64,000 bases of DNA. Origin: Candidatus Enterousia sp. GTDB taxonomy: Bacteria; Pseudomonadota; Alphaproteobacteria; Rs-D84. The stretch is from the NCBI GenBank assembly GCA_045613785.1, contig JAZLBQ010000004.1, positions 74,039 through 138,038 of the forward strand. Reading direction: 5' to 3'. A model generated the notes under the pieces. It searched no databases. It was not told where the DNA came from and was given only the letters and a program-made list of their open reading frames with translations. Both the position numbers and the translations under genes were made by a program. Positions 27,799 through 37,467 of the stretch are shown in pieces; position 1 is the stretch's first letter, and each line of letters begins with the position of its first letter.

Positions 27799-29388
27799 TT
27801 AAACGAATTTTTCAGGAACCAGATTGCAAATGTTTTTCCAGATTCTGCGTAATATCCCAGTGTCTGGTGCGTGTTTGTAAACGCGTGGTTTTTCGTCGCC
27901 TGGTCGTTTGCCTGTCCATACTGGGTCGTTGTTTGCGTTTAGGCTGACCTGCCAAGATGTTTGTGTGTCTTTGATGATCATTTCACGCAGTTTGTTTGCA
28001 AAATCACGACTTTCAAAGATTGCTACGTTTTCGGTATTGTAATACGCGCTTCTTGGGTCCAGGTTGAAACTGCCAATCCAAGAAATGTCGTCGTCGAACA
28101 CCATAGTTTTGCTGTGCAGGACAGAAAAACTGGATTGTTTACGCTCACGGTCATGTTCTTTGCCACGCAGATTTTCAGCAGAAACCATAAATTCATAAAC
28201 GTCTGCACCTGATTCAATCAAGTGTTTTCTGTATTTTTCCCACTTTGCATATACGGTTGGTGCATTGGTTGAAGCCAATGAGTTTGTCACAATGGTCAAA
28301 TGAACGCCTGATTTTTCTTCGTTTAACATATGTTCCAATCCACCTTGTCCTGGAACAAAATAAGCAGCGGACATATAGACTGATTTGTTTGTTCTGTCCC
28401 ACAGGTGTTGTAATGCACGAACAATTTCGCCACGATATTGTTCTTTTTCTTCCATAGACATTTCGACTTTTTGTGGTGGGTCAGCCAAGAATTTTCCATG
28501 TCCCCAACTAAAATCAAGTCTTTTTTGCTTAAAATCACGTTGTGCTAGTGAAATAATAGTATTGTATCTGCGAACATCTTCGGCACTTCGTTTTTCGATA
28601 TCTTCGAATGTTCGTTCCAGTTTACGCATTGCCTTTTTAGATTTTGCCTTTGGGAAAACGGCGGCGGGTATTGACAGGTGATGATTCCAGTATTCGTTAA
28701 AACTGTCGGTGGCATAGTGTGTCATGTCTCCGATAAACAGCACGTCGGTATCAGAAAAGTTTGATGCTGTTTCTGGATAGAAATAGTTGCTGCCAACGTT
28801 TCGTCCACCTGTGATATATGCGATATTGTCAACGATGAACAGTTTGTTGTGCATGCGTGAGTTTAATCGATTAAAGTCTGTTAAGAATTGAGGGTAATAT
28901 AATAATCTAGAACGGTTTCGAACAGTATTAAAAACTTTAACTTCTATATTAGGGTGTTGGTTTAGCAGCATAACATCGACGATGTCTGACTTTGTTCCAT
29001 AGTCATCAACCAGTATTCGAACCTTGACGCCACGGTCTGCGGCGTTTTTTAGTTCGCCAATCAGAACTTTTGAAGAAAAGTCGTTACTGTAAATGTATGT
29101 CTGTAAATCAATTGTCTTAGTCGCCATTCTGGCAAACGCTGAACGTATTACAAATGCAGACAATCCGTCTTCGATAAGTGTTGCACCAGATATGTCGGGG
29201 CTTTGGCTAAGTTCATCGTCATAGCACATTGCGATTGGAGTTTTGTATGGGTCATAGTCAAAGTCAGATGACGTAATTTTTGCCTGATAGTTATCCAGTC
29301 TTGCGTCATTTGTTGTTGTTGGGACGGTTGTGCATCCCATCAAGGGTAGAGCTAAAATCCACATCGAAACTTTTTTAAGAATGTTCAA
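27799..29388 (-). CDS. Phospholipase D family lipoprotein (ClsC/YmdC-like)
   Basis: Two HKD motifs (MHNKLFIVD...GGRN; LHSKTMVFD...GSFNLD); lipobox LMGC; TTG start at 29388 after AGGAAA. Confidence 0.9.
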   Translation of the reverse strand: MNILKKVSMWILALPLMGCTTVPTTTNDARLDNYQAKITSSDFDYDPYKTPIAMCYDDELSQSPDISGATLIEDGLSAFVIRSAFARMATKTIDLQTYIYSNDFSSKVLIGELKNAADRGVKVRILVDDYGTKSDIVDVMLLNQHPNIEVKVFNTVRNRSRLLYYPQFLTDFNRLNSRMHNKLFIVDNIAYITGGRNVGSNYFYPETASNFSDTDVLFIGDMTHYATDSFNEYWNHHLSIPAAVFPKAKSKKAMRKLERTFEDIEKRSAEDVRRYNTIISLAQRDFKQKRLDFSWGHGKFLADPPQKVEMSMEEKEQYRGEIVRALQHLWDRTNKSVYMSAAYFVPGQGGLEHMLNEEKSGVHLTIVTNSLASTNAPTVYAKWEKYRKHLIESGADVYEFMVSAENLRGKEHDRERKQSSFSVLHSKTMVFDDDISWIGSFNLDPRSAYYNTENVAIFESRDFANKLREMIIKDTQTSWQVSLNANNDPVWTGKRPGDEKPRVYKHAPDTGILRRIWKNICNLVPEKFV

Positions 29389-29568
29389 CGCTAGTTTCCT
29401 TTGCCTAAAAATAATACAGTTGCGATTATAGTTAAATAAAAACGTTCCTGCAAGTAAATTCATTATATTTTTTAATGATTTAGGAACGTGTTCTTAGTAT
29501 TTGTGATTTTTGTGTTAATTTTTATTTTCTGTTATGGTAAAATAATAAAATAGGAAGGGTTGTTTTTT

Positions 29569-31863
29569 ATGAAAAGATTTGTTGCAGTTCTTAGTGGTCT
29601 TTTATTTTTGCCAGCATATGCCCAGGCTGTGCCTGTTTATAGCGAGGCTGATGTCGATACGTTGGTTGGTGATTTGCCTGGTAAAAACGAAGTAGAGGTT
29701 GATGATATTGATGCTGCTGCATTTGTAGTTCCTGTGGCACAGGCGTCTTCTCGTAATCCACGTGCAAGTGCTGCGTCTGCATCACGTGCTGTTCCTGCTG
29801 GGGCGGGGACGACGCCTAATACACGTTCTGCTTCGACACGTGCGACAATTGGTTCCAGAAATGTTTCAAGTTCTACGATTGCACGCAGTGCGGCTGCGAA
29901 TTCGATTGCTCGTTCGACTGGTCGTTCTGTTGTTTCTACTGCGGGGCGTAATGCATCACGGGTGGCACGCAATTCAACAGTCCCTGTTGCTCAGTCTGTT
30001 ACAGAGCGTCGTTCAGGTGTATCTGTAAATTCTGCTACGAATACTGCACGTTCGGTCAGTGCACGTGTTCCGACGATTGCCACAACGGTCGGGACTTCTT
30101 CTGCAACCACTAAATCAGAGCCTGTAGCTGTTGCGGATGTTGTGTCAAAAATGGACGAAGTTGCGAACTTGACTGCAACATGCAAGACACAATATACAGA
30201 ATGTATGGATAATTTCTGCAATGTTCTGGATGATAACCAGGGGCGTTGCTCTTGCTCAAAAAATATCAAGAACTACGAGAAAACAGAAAATGCCTTAAAA
30301 GAAGCGACCGAGGCATTAAAGGATATTGCACAGCAGATTCAGTATATTGGTCTGACAGGTGAAGAGATTGAGATTTTGTTTTCCCAGACCGAGGCTGAAG
30401 CACAAATGCAGCAAACAAATGACAGTTCTCGTCTGAAAAACGACTTGGATAAAATTAAAAAACTGTTGGTTGAAGTCAAGGGGTCAACAGCCTCATCGTC
30501 TGAGGTGAATATAAGTTTTGACTTGTCTGGTTTGCTAGATTTTAGTGTGGATAGCAGTGGGTTTGATTTGGCGTCGTTGTTTGGTAGCACGTCTGCGAAT
30601 ACGTCCAGTATCAGCAATCAGCGTGGTGAACAGTTGTATAAGACTGCTGCGGCTCGTTGTAAAAAGGCGGTTTTAGAAGAATGTGATACTATGGGTGTTG
30701 ATGTATCTGTTATATCTAATGCCTATGACATGGAAATTGATAAGCAGTGTGTTGCGTATGAGCGTCGATTGACTGACACGAACGAAGAAATGGTTCAGAC
30801 AGTTCGTAATGCGAAAAATGTGTTGCAACGTGCTCGTTTGATGGTTGCTCAGAATAAAAATACATATGATTTACGTGGTTGTGTAAACGCACTTGATTCT
30901 TGTATGCAGGATGACTTTGTTTGTGGTTCTGATTATGAGTATTGCCTGGATCCGACGGGTAAGTATATTGTGAACGGTGAAATTGTTGTTGGGTCGATGC
31001 CAGGTTATGTTATCGATGCTAACCAAACGCCGGCACCATCGACTGATTATCCTAAGGAAACTCTGTATGGCACATGGTATTATGATGAAAATGTCTATGC
31101 CTGGGGGATGTCTGGTAATATATCAGACTATATAGATAAAAACAACACTTCTTCGGCTGTGACCAAGACTGATGCAAATATGGCGAAATATCTGCAATAT
31201 AAAATTGGGTATAATGATGGCGGCAAGAATTATGGAATGTGTATGTCTGTCTTGAACAAGTGTCAAGATATCACATACAGTAATGGTAAATATCAACCAG
31301 ATAACCAAGTTGTTCGTGAATACCTGCGTCGCACATTGGTTCAGATAAAGGCCAGTCAAGATGCAGTTTTGCGTGATTATGCATCAAGCTGCATAGCTGA
31401 TGTTTCAACTTGTTTGTCGTCAAATAATTACGAAGCCGGCAATACAACTAAAAGCAATATCGCAATCAATGCATGTCGTGCGGAAATTGTAACGTGTATG
31501 TCTGTAAATGGTGATACGACCAAGACCCCAACCCCAAGTAGTATGAAACAATGGGTTGATGCAATCAATTCAGTTTCATCAGGCGATTCTGGCACAACGA
31601 GTTCTCCTGTTCCTGTTGGTTGCTCTCAAGAATATTTTTATTATAATGGTTCGACCTGTGTTTCGTGCAAGAATGGAACATGGGACGACGTGCAAAAAGG
31701 ATGTAAATGTACCACATATTATAATGGGGCGATAACAGAGTATACGGTGGGCGGTGGGTGCTCATGCACAGGTGATACCCGTGAAGAAGCTGATTATTGC
31801 ACGGGTGAAATATATGGTTATCACCTGTTTACATCTGGTGGTAGTTATCAACCTGATAAATAA
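29569..31863 (+). CDS. Large secreted Cys-rich protein, paralog A
   Basis: Signal peptide, long Ser/Ala/Arg/Thr-rich disordered region, Cys-rich helical core shared with the next gene, EGF-like Cys tail. Confidence 0.85.
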   Translation: MKRFVAVLSGLLFLPAYAQAVPVYSEADVDTLVGDLPGKNEVEVDDIDAAAFVVPVAQASSRNPRASAASASRAVPAGAGTTPNTRSASTRATIGSRNVSSSTIARSAAANSIARSTGRSVVSTAGRNASRVARNSTVPVAQSVTERRSGVSVNSATNTARSVSARVPTIATTVGTSSATTKSEPVAVADVVSKMDEVANLTATCKTQYTECMDNFCNVLDDNQGRCSCSKNIKNYEKTENALKEATEALKDIAQQIQYIGLTGEEIEILFSQTEAEAQMQQTNDSSRLKNDLDKIKKLLVEVKGSTASSSEVNISFDLSGLLDFSVDSSGFDLASLFGSTSANTSSISNQRGEQLYKTAAARCKKAVLEECDTMGVDVSVISNAYDMEIDKQCVAYERRLTDTNEEMVQTVRNAKNVLQRARLMVAQNKNTYDLRGCVNALDSCMQDDFVCGSDYEYCLDPTGKYIVNGEIVVGSMPGYVIDANQTPAPSTDYPKETLYGTWYYDENVYAWGMSGNISDYIDKNNTSSAVTKTDANMAKYLQYKIGYNDGGKNYGMCMSVLNKCQDITYSNGKYQPDNQVVREYLRRTLVQIKASQDAVLRDYASSCIADVSTCLSSNNYEAGNTTKSNIAINACRAEIVTCMSVNGDTTKTPTPSSMKQWVDAINSVSSGDSGTTSSPVPVGCSQEYFYYNGSTCVSCKNGTWDDVQKGCKCTTYYNGAITEYTVGGGCSCTGDTREEADYCTGEIYGYHLFTSGGSYQPDK

Positions 31864-31961
31864 ACCTCTTATCATCATTTGTCCTAAAACTCAATTTTTT
31901 CAATTGCGTTGCATTGCGTAATGTGATAAAATGAAACATAATTAGAGGGAAGGATTAAGCC

Positions 31962-34166
31962 GTGAAAAGATTTTTAGCTGTCTTAAGTGGGTTACTTGTA
32001 TTGCCTGCATATGCCGAAATTGCACCTGTTTATTATGAAATAGACAGTGATTATGAATCGGTCGATGTCGCTGGTGACAGTGAACAGGATGTTGATGAAA
32101 TTGATGTCGCTGCTGTTGCTGTGCCGGTTTCTCAGACAACTGCTCGTGCGTTGCGTGCATCAAATGCGGCGTCGTCACGTGCAATGCCAACAGGTGCCAG
32201 GGCGGTAAATTCTCGTTCTGCAGCGACCCGTGCAACGACTTCTCGTAATGTTTCGAATTCAAATGTGGCACGCACTGCTACAAATACGGCAATGGCACGT
32301 TCTGGTGCATCACGTGTTGCGTCTCGTTCAATGGCACGTTCTGGTGCGACACAGATTGCCACAACACGTCAGGCAATGCAGAATAATGGAACAACTGCAC
32401 GTGCAGCGATTGTTCAAACTGATACGGTTCGCACCCCATTATATACCGGTCGGGTCAGTTCACGTGCCAGTGCTGTTCGTGCACGTATCCCAACAATTAC
32501 ATCTGTTTCTGGTAACGTTTCAACAACAACTGGCGGCACGGTTGATGCAGCTACAGCTGCGGCTGAAATGGACGAATTGGCACAGTTGACTGATTTCTGC
32601 AAGGCACAATACACAGATTGTATGGATAACTTCTGTAATGTTCTGGACGATAACCAGGGGCGTTGTTCTTGTTCAAAGAATATCAAAAATTATGAAAAGA
32701 CAGAAACTGCGTTAAAAGAAGCGACCGAAGCATTAAAAGACGTCGCGCAACAAATTCAGTATATTGGTCTGACCAGTGATGAAATTGAAACATTGTTTAC
32801 TCAGACAGAAGCTGAACTTGAAATGCAACAAACAACAGACAGTTCACGTCTGAAAAACGATTTGGATAAAATTAAAAAGCTGTTGGTTGATGTAAAAGGT
32901 TCGGCTGCATCTTCGTCCGAAGTGGATATGAGTTTTGATTTGTCTGGTCTATTGGACTTCAGTGTGAACAGCACGGGCTTTGATTTGACATCATTATTTG
33001 GTGGCACAACAACAAATACATCCAGTATCAGTAACCAACGTGGTGAACAGTTGTATAAAACAGCAGCCTCACGTTGCAAAAAGGCAGTTTTGGAAAATTG
33101 TCAGAACCAAGGCGTTGATATTTCAATTATCTCAAACGCATATGACCTGGAAATCGACAAGCAGTGTGTGGCATATGAACGTCAGTTGACAGATACTAAC
33201 GAAGAAATGTCGCAAACTGTCCGCAATGCTAAGGGGGTTTTGCAGCGTGCACGTTTGATGGTTGCCCAGAACAAGAATTCGTATGACTTGCGTGGCTGTG
33301 TAAATGCACTGGATTCATGTATGCAGGACGATTTTGTCTGCGGAACAGATTATGAATACTGTCTGGATCCAACCGGCAAGTATATCGTAAACGGCGAAGT
33401 TGTTGTTGGGTCAACGCCTGGCTTTATGGTCAAAAAGGACGAGGGATCTTCTGCAGTATTCCCAGATGAATCTGATAAGGACGCTAAGGGTAAAAATACC
33501 CTGTTGGCTGGCTGGTATTATGGCGAAAAATATGCTTGGGCTGATACAAGTGCTAATGGTGATTTGATGGGGTATATTGAAAACTATACCAAAACATCAG
33601 CTGTAGAAAAGCCAACGTCTGTATATGCTGAATATCTGCAATATAAAATTGGATATAACGACGGAACAAAAAATCACGGTATGTGTATGTCTGTTCTGAA
33701 CAAATGTCAAGACCTTTCCTATGAAAAGGGAAAGTATAAGCCTAATAATAATGTAGTTAAGGAATATTTGACCCGGACACTGACCCAAATTAAGGCGGCT
33801 CAGGACGAAATATTGGCAGAATATGCATCAAATTGTTTGTCTGACGTGTCATCGTGTTTGTCATCAAATAACTATGTTGCAGAAAACACGACCAAAGCAA
33901 ACATTGCAATCAATGCGTGTCGTTCTGAAATTGTCACGTGTATGTCTGTAAATGGTAATGCAGCGGCTACTCCAAATCCGGAAGAAATGAAGAATTGGGT
34001 TGCGGGAATGGTTGGTTGCACCAAGGAAGGCTTTGAATGGGATTCAAGTAATAAGAAATGTGTGTCCTGTGTTGGTGGCAGCTGGGATGCAACTGATAAC
34101 ACGTGTGATTGCCCATCCGGTGCTTCTTATGATGTAGTCAATGGGTGCGTAAAAGCAGCAAGCTAA
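31962..34166 (+). CDS. Large secreted Cys-rich protein, paralog B
   Basis: Same architecture; long near-identical stretches (CMDNFCNVLDDNQGRCSCSKNIKNYEKTE; YDLRGCVNALDSCMQDDFVCG). Confidence 0.85.
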   Translation: MKRFLAVLSGLLVLPAYAEIAPVYYEIDSDYESVDVAGDSEQDVDEIDVAAVAVPVSQTTARALRASNAASSRAMPTGARAVNSRSAATRATTSRNVSNSNVARTATNTAMARSGASRVASRSMARSGATQIATTRQAMQNNGTTARAAIVQTDTVRTPLYTGRVSSRASAVRARIPTITSVSGNVSTTTGGTVDAATAAAEMDELAQLTDFCKAQYTDCMDNFCNVLDDNQGRCSCSKNIKNYEKTETALKEATEALKDVAQQIQYIGLTSDEIETLFTQTEAELEMQQTTDSSRLKNDLDKIKKLLVDVKGSAASSSEVDMSFDLSGLLDFSVNSTGFDLTSLFGGTTTNTSSISNQRGEQLYKTAASRCKKAVLENCQNQGVDISIISNAYDLEIDKQCVAYERQLTDTNEEMSQTVRNAKGVLQRARLMVAQNKNSYDLRGCVNALDSCMQDDFVCGTDYEYCLDPTGKYIVNGEVVVGSTPGFMVKKDEGSSAVFPDESDKDAKGKNTLLAGWYYGEKYAWADTSANGDLMGYIENYTKTSAVEKPTSVYAEYLQYKIGYNDGTKNHGMCMSVLNKCQDLSYEKGKYKPNNNVVKEYLTRTLTQIKAAQDEILAEYASNCLSDVSSCLSSNNYVAENTTKANIAINACRSEIVTCMSVNGNAAATPNPEEMKNWVAGMVGCTKEGFEWDSSNKKCVSCVGGSWDATDNTCDCPSGASYDVVNGCVKAAS

Positions 34167-34185
34167 ATAAAGTCGTTTAAAGGCT

Positions 34186-34221
34186 AAATTAAATCCCCTG
34201 CAATCGCAGGGGATTTAATTT
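34186..34221 (+). terminator. Terminator after paralog B
   Basis: AAATTAAATCCCCTGC-AATC-GCAGGGGATTTAATTT perfect inverted repeat. Confidence 0.75.
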
Positions 34222-34294
34222 GGTATGTCATTTGTAAAATCAGAAACGGTAAATTATTCTGTTTTGTTCTTGCTAAATCCAGCAATAGGATAAC

Positions 34295-34319
34295 AAAAAA
34301 ACGCCCAAATGGGCGTTTT
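34295..34319 (-). terminator. Terminator after the M13 peptidase gene
   Basis: AAAACGCCC-AAAT-GGGCGTTTT. Confidence 0.75.
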
Positions 34320-34323
34320 GTGT

Positions 34324-36306
34324 TTACCACAGTTTTACACGTTCTCCAGGTAATACATACAACCCATCGCCTGATTTTATGTCAAATACACTATACCATG
34401 CGTTGATGTGTGGCAGTATTCCGTTTACACGATTTTTGCCCAAAGAATGCTCGTCAACCTTGGTCAGGCGTAATTCTTCGTCTGGGCGAATGTTCTGTGC
34501 CCACGCCCCTGCGTATGCGATAAAGAAGCGTCTGTCTGCACTGATGCTTTCTGCATCACCAGATGGTGTGCCAAAGTTTTTATATGCGTCAAATGCAATT
34601 GTTACGCCACCATAGTCTGCCAGATTTTCGCCCAGTGTAAATTCGCCATTTGCAAAGACTTCGTCGTTTATTTTGATTTTATCGAAATATTCCTTCATTG
34701 TGCTGGCACGTTCATTGAATTTTTCTGCATCTTCGCTGGTCCACCAGTCTTTCATATTGCCATCTTTGTCAAAGTGGCGACCAGAATCATCGAATCCATG
34801 GGTCATTTCATGACCAATAACAGCACCGATAGCACCATAGTTAAATGCGTCATCTGCCTCCATATCAAAGAACGGATATTGCAAGATTCCTGCAGGGAAA
34901 CAGATTTCGTTTGTTGAAGGGTCGTAGTATGCGTTGACTTCGTGTGCATTCATATACCAGATTGTAGGGTCTTTTTCCTGGCCTATTTTTTCAATCCAGA
35001 ATGCGTCTTCAAATTCTGAAACACGCATCATATTTTCCCACAACGAATCATTTTTGATTTCCAGTTTTGAATAATCACGCCATTTATCTGGATATCCAAT
35101 TTTTGCTGTAAATCCTGCCAGTTTTTCCAGTGCTTTTACTTTAGTTTTATCCGACATCCATTCCAGTTTTTCGATACGCATTGCGTATGCACGTTGCAGG
35201 TTTTTTACCAATGTCTGCATGCGTTCTTTGGCGTCTGAAGAAAAGTATTTTTCAACATACAGGCGGCCAATTTCTTCGCCCAGCGAACCGTCCAACATTG
35301 CGACTGCACGTTTCCAACGTGGCTTTTGTTCTTTTTGTCCAGCCATTGTTCGGTTATAGAAATCAAAAGATATGTCATATGTCTTGTCGTCCAAGACAGT
35401 GTCTGCTGCACTGACAATTCTGTATTTTAAATACGTTTTAACCAATTCGAAATCGGTGTCGTTCATAATTGCGATTGATTCTGCAATCGCTTCAGGTTGT
35501 GCGATGTTGATAAATTTCGCTGCCTTTGCACCACGTGTGTCCAAGAAAGTGTCCCAATCAAATCCCGGAAATTTTTCTTTTATTTGTTCAATGCTCATCT
35601 TGTGATAGTTTGCATGAGGATCACGTAATTTTTCTTTGGGATAGAACGATTTTGCCATTCTTTCTTCCATTGCATACAACTTATCGACATCAACTTCTAT
35701 GCCAAAGTTCTTCATCTGCTTTTCGATAAATTCACGGTATTTTTTGCGAACTTCAACTGTTTTAGCGTCTGTGTCAAAATAATAATCACGGGACAACCCC
35801 AGACCGCCCTGACCAATATTATACAGATAGTGTTCGCTGTCCATTTCGTCCAGTGCAACACCGTCGCCCCAAAAAGCAGACGTAAACTTGTGCATTTGCC
35901 CCAGGTATTTTTCTAGGTCTTTGCGTTCCAGTTTGTCGATTTGGGCAAACAGTGGCGACACAGGTTGAATGCCGTCTTGATTTAATTTCTTTTCGTTCAT
36001 TGCAATGCTATACAACTGGCCAATTTTGCCATTATCGTTTTCTGCGATTTCACGTGTGCGTTCCAGATTGGTGTTGCGTAATACTTCAAAAGCACCGTAT
36101 CTTGAATAGTCGTCTGGGATTGGATTGTGTTTCTGCCAACCTGCGTTTGCGTATGCATAGAAATCGTCGCCTGGTTTGACTGACATATCCATATTTTCGA
36201 TTTTGATACCTGCACTCACCACTTTCTCCTTTGTTGCATTGTGTGCCCAAACGATTGCAGTCAACACCGCAACCACGCCTATAAAGTTCCAAAATTTACT
36301 TTCCAT
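34324..36306 (-). CDS. pepO: M13 family zinc metalloendopeptidase (PepO/neprilysin-like)
   Basis: PGDDFYAYAN, VNAYY, HEMTHGFDD, GENLAD. Confidence 0.95.
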   Translation of the reverse strand: MESKFWNFIGVVAVLTAIVWAHNATKEKVVSAGIKIENMDMSVKPGDDFYAYANAGWQKHNPIPDDYSRYGAFEVLRNTNLERTREIAENDNGKIGQLYSIAMNEKKLNQDGIQPVSPLFAQIDKLERKDLEKYLGQMHKFTSAFWGDGVALDEMDSEHYLYNIGQGGLGLSRDYYFDTDAKTVEVRKKYREFIEKQMKNFGIEVDVDKLYAMEERMAKSFYPKEKLRDPHANYHKMSIEQIKEKFPGFDWDTFLDTRGAKAAKFINIAQPEAIAESIAIMNDTDFELVKTYLKYRIVSAADTVLDDKTYDISFDFYNRTMAGQKEQKPRWKRAVAMLDGSLGEEIGRLYVEKYFSSDAKERMQTLVKNLQRAYAMRIEKLEWMSDKTKVKALEKLAGFTAKIGYPDKWRDYSKLEIKNDSLWENMMRVSEFEDAFWIEKIGQEKDPTIWYMNAHEVNAYYDPSTNEICFPAGILQYPFFDMEADDAFNYGAIGAVIGHEMTHGFDDSGRHFDKDGNMKDWWTSEDAEKFNERASTMKEYFDKIKINDEVFANGEFTLGENLADYGGVTIAFDAYKNFGTPSGDAESISADRRFFIAYAGAWAQNIRPDEELRLTKVDEHSLGKNRVNGILPHINAWYSVFDIKSGDGLYVLPGERVKLW

Positions 36307-36307
36307 T

Positions 36308-37366
36308 TCATTTCACCAAATTTACTGTTACATCGTCCAGAATCAATAATCCATTTGGGGTTGCACGAATGCGACCGTCTTGAATCTGAACCAGTTCAGG
36401 GTTGTTTTTGACCCAGTCTATATCAATAACCTTTTTTACATCGTCTGTCAATTGGCAACCGCACACAGTCCGCATTCCCATCAAGACTTTTTCAATTGCT
36501 CGTGTTTCATTATCGATTGCGACAAATTTTTGATTTGCACCCATTTGTTCATACCAAATGCCATCAATACAAACTCTGCCTGCTGCACCACGTCCGATGC
36601 CGATGTATGCACCGCCGTCCCATATGTTTAAATTATGCTGGCATTCGTTCCCTGGGGTTGCATAGTTTGAAACCTCATATCGGGGCAGGGTCAGTGTTTT
36701 TTCTATCGCCATATACATATCTGCCATTATTTCATTGTCTGGCATATTTAAATTCATTTTTCCAAAAGGTGTGTTCGGCTCTATTGTCAGTTCGTATAAA
36801 GAACAGTGTTCAATTCCGATTTGGTTTATTTGTTCGCACGTTAAAATAACATCATTTACTGTTTCGTTTGGCAGTCCATAAATAAAGTCAGCCGATGTTC
36901 GCAAATTTAACTTTTTTGCAGATTGAATCAATTTGATTGTATCGTTTGCACTGTGTCTGCGTCCCAAAAATTTTAGTTTTTCATCACTTAAACTTTGAAC
37001 GCCGATTGAAATACGGTTGATTCCAGCTTGGACAAAGTCTTTTAATTTGTCTTCGTCAATCGTTCCAGGGTTAGCCTCTATGGTGATTTCTGCGTCTTTG
37101 GGTAAAATAAAGTTTTGTTTTAATATCTGGATAATTTTTTCAAAGCAATCAACTGGCATCAGCGAAGGTGTGCCACCACCAAAGAATACAGTTGGCACGA
37201 TTATGTCAGGCATTTTTTCAGCCCACTGCAAGATTTCCTTGCAAATACCATCTGAGTATTCTGTCCAGTCTGGGTTTGCACATGCCCACGACATAAAAGC
37301 ACAATAATTGCACTTTGATTTGCAAAAAGGCACATGAATATAAATATTGTGTGGCATATTTTTCAT
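36308..37366 (-). CDS. hemW: Radical SAM heme chaperone HemW (HemN-like)
   Basis: YIHVPFCKSKCNYCAF, GGGTPS, RISIGVQS, YEVSNY, HNLNIW; start set at MKNMPH. Only called gene here with a TGA stop. Confidence 0.92.
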   Translation of the reverse strand: MKNMPHNIYIHVPFCKSKCNYCAFMSWACANPDWTEYSDGICKEILQWAEKMPDIIVPTVFFGGGTPSLMPVDCFEKIIQILKQNFILPKDAEITIEANPGTIDEDKLKDFVQAGINRISIGVQSLSDEKLKFLGRRHSANDTIKLIQSAKKLNLRTSADFIYGLPNETVNDVILTCEQINQIGIEHCSLYELTIEPNTPFGKMNLNMPDNEIMADMYMAIEKTLTLPRYEVSNYATPGNECQHNLNIWDGGAYIGIGRGAAGRVCIDGIWYEQMGANQKFVAIDNETRAIEKVLMGMRTVCGCQLTDDVKKVIDIDWVKNNPELVQIQDGRIRATPNGLLILDDVTVNLVK

Positions 37367-37467
37367 TTCATCGGACAGTTTACAACACAAAATAATCGGT
37401 GCAAGGGATAAATTAAAATACTTTTCACAGTTTCAAAATTATGTTATAATACGAACAACGTTATACG

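Noticed and set aside
29569-34166. Diversity-generating retroelement template/variable repeat pair
   Set aside because: Both copies are full coding genes, differences are largely synonymous and not adenine-specific, and no reverse transcriptase is present.
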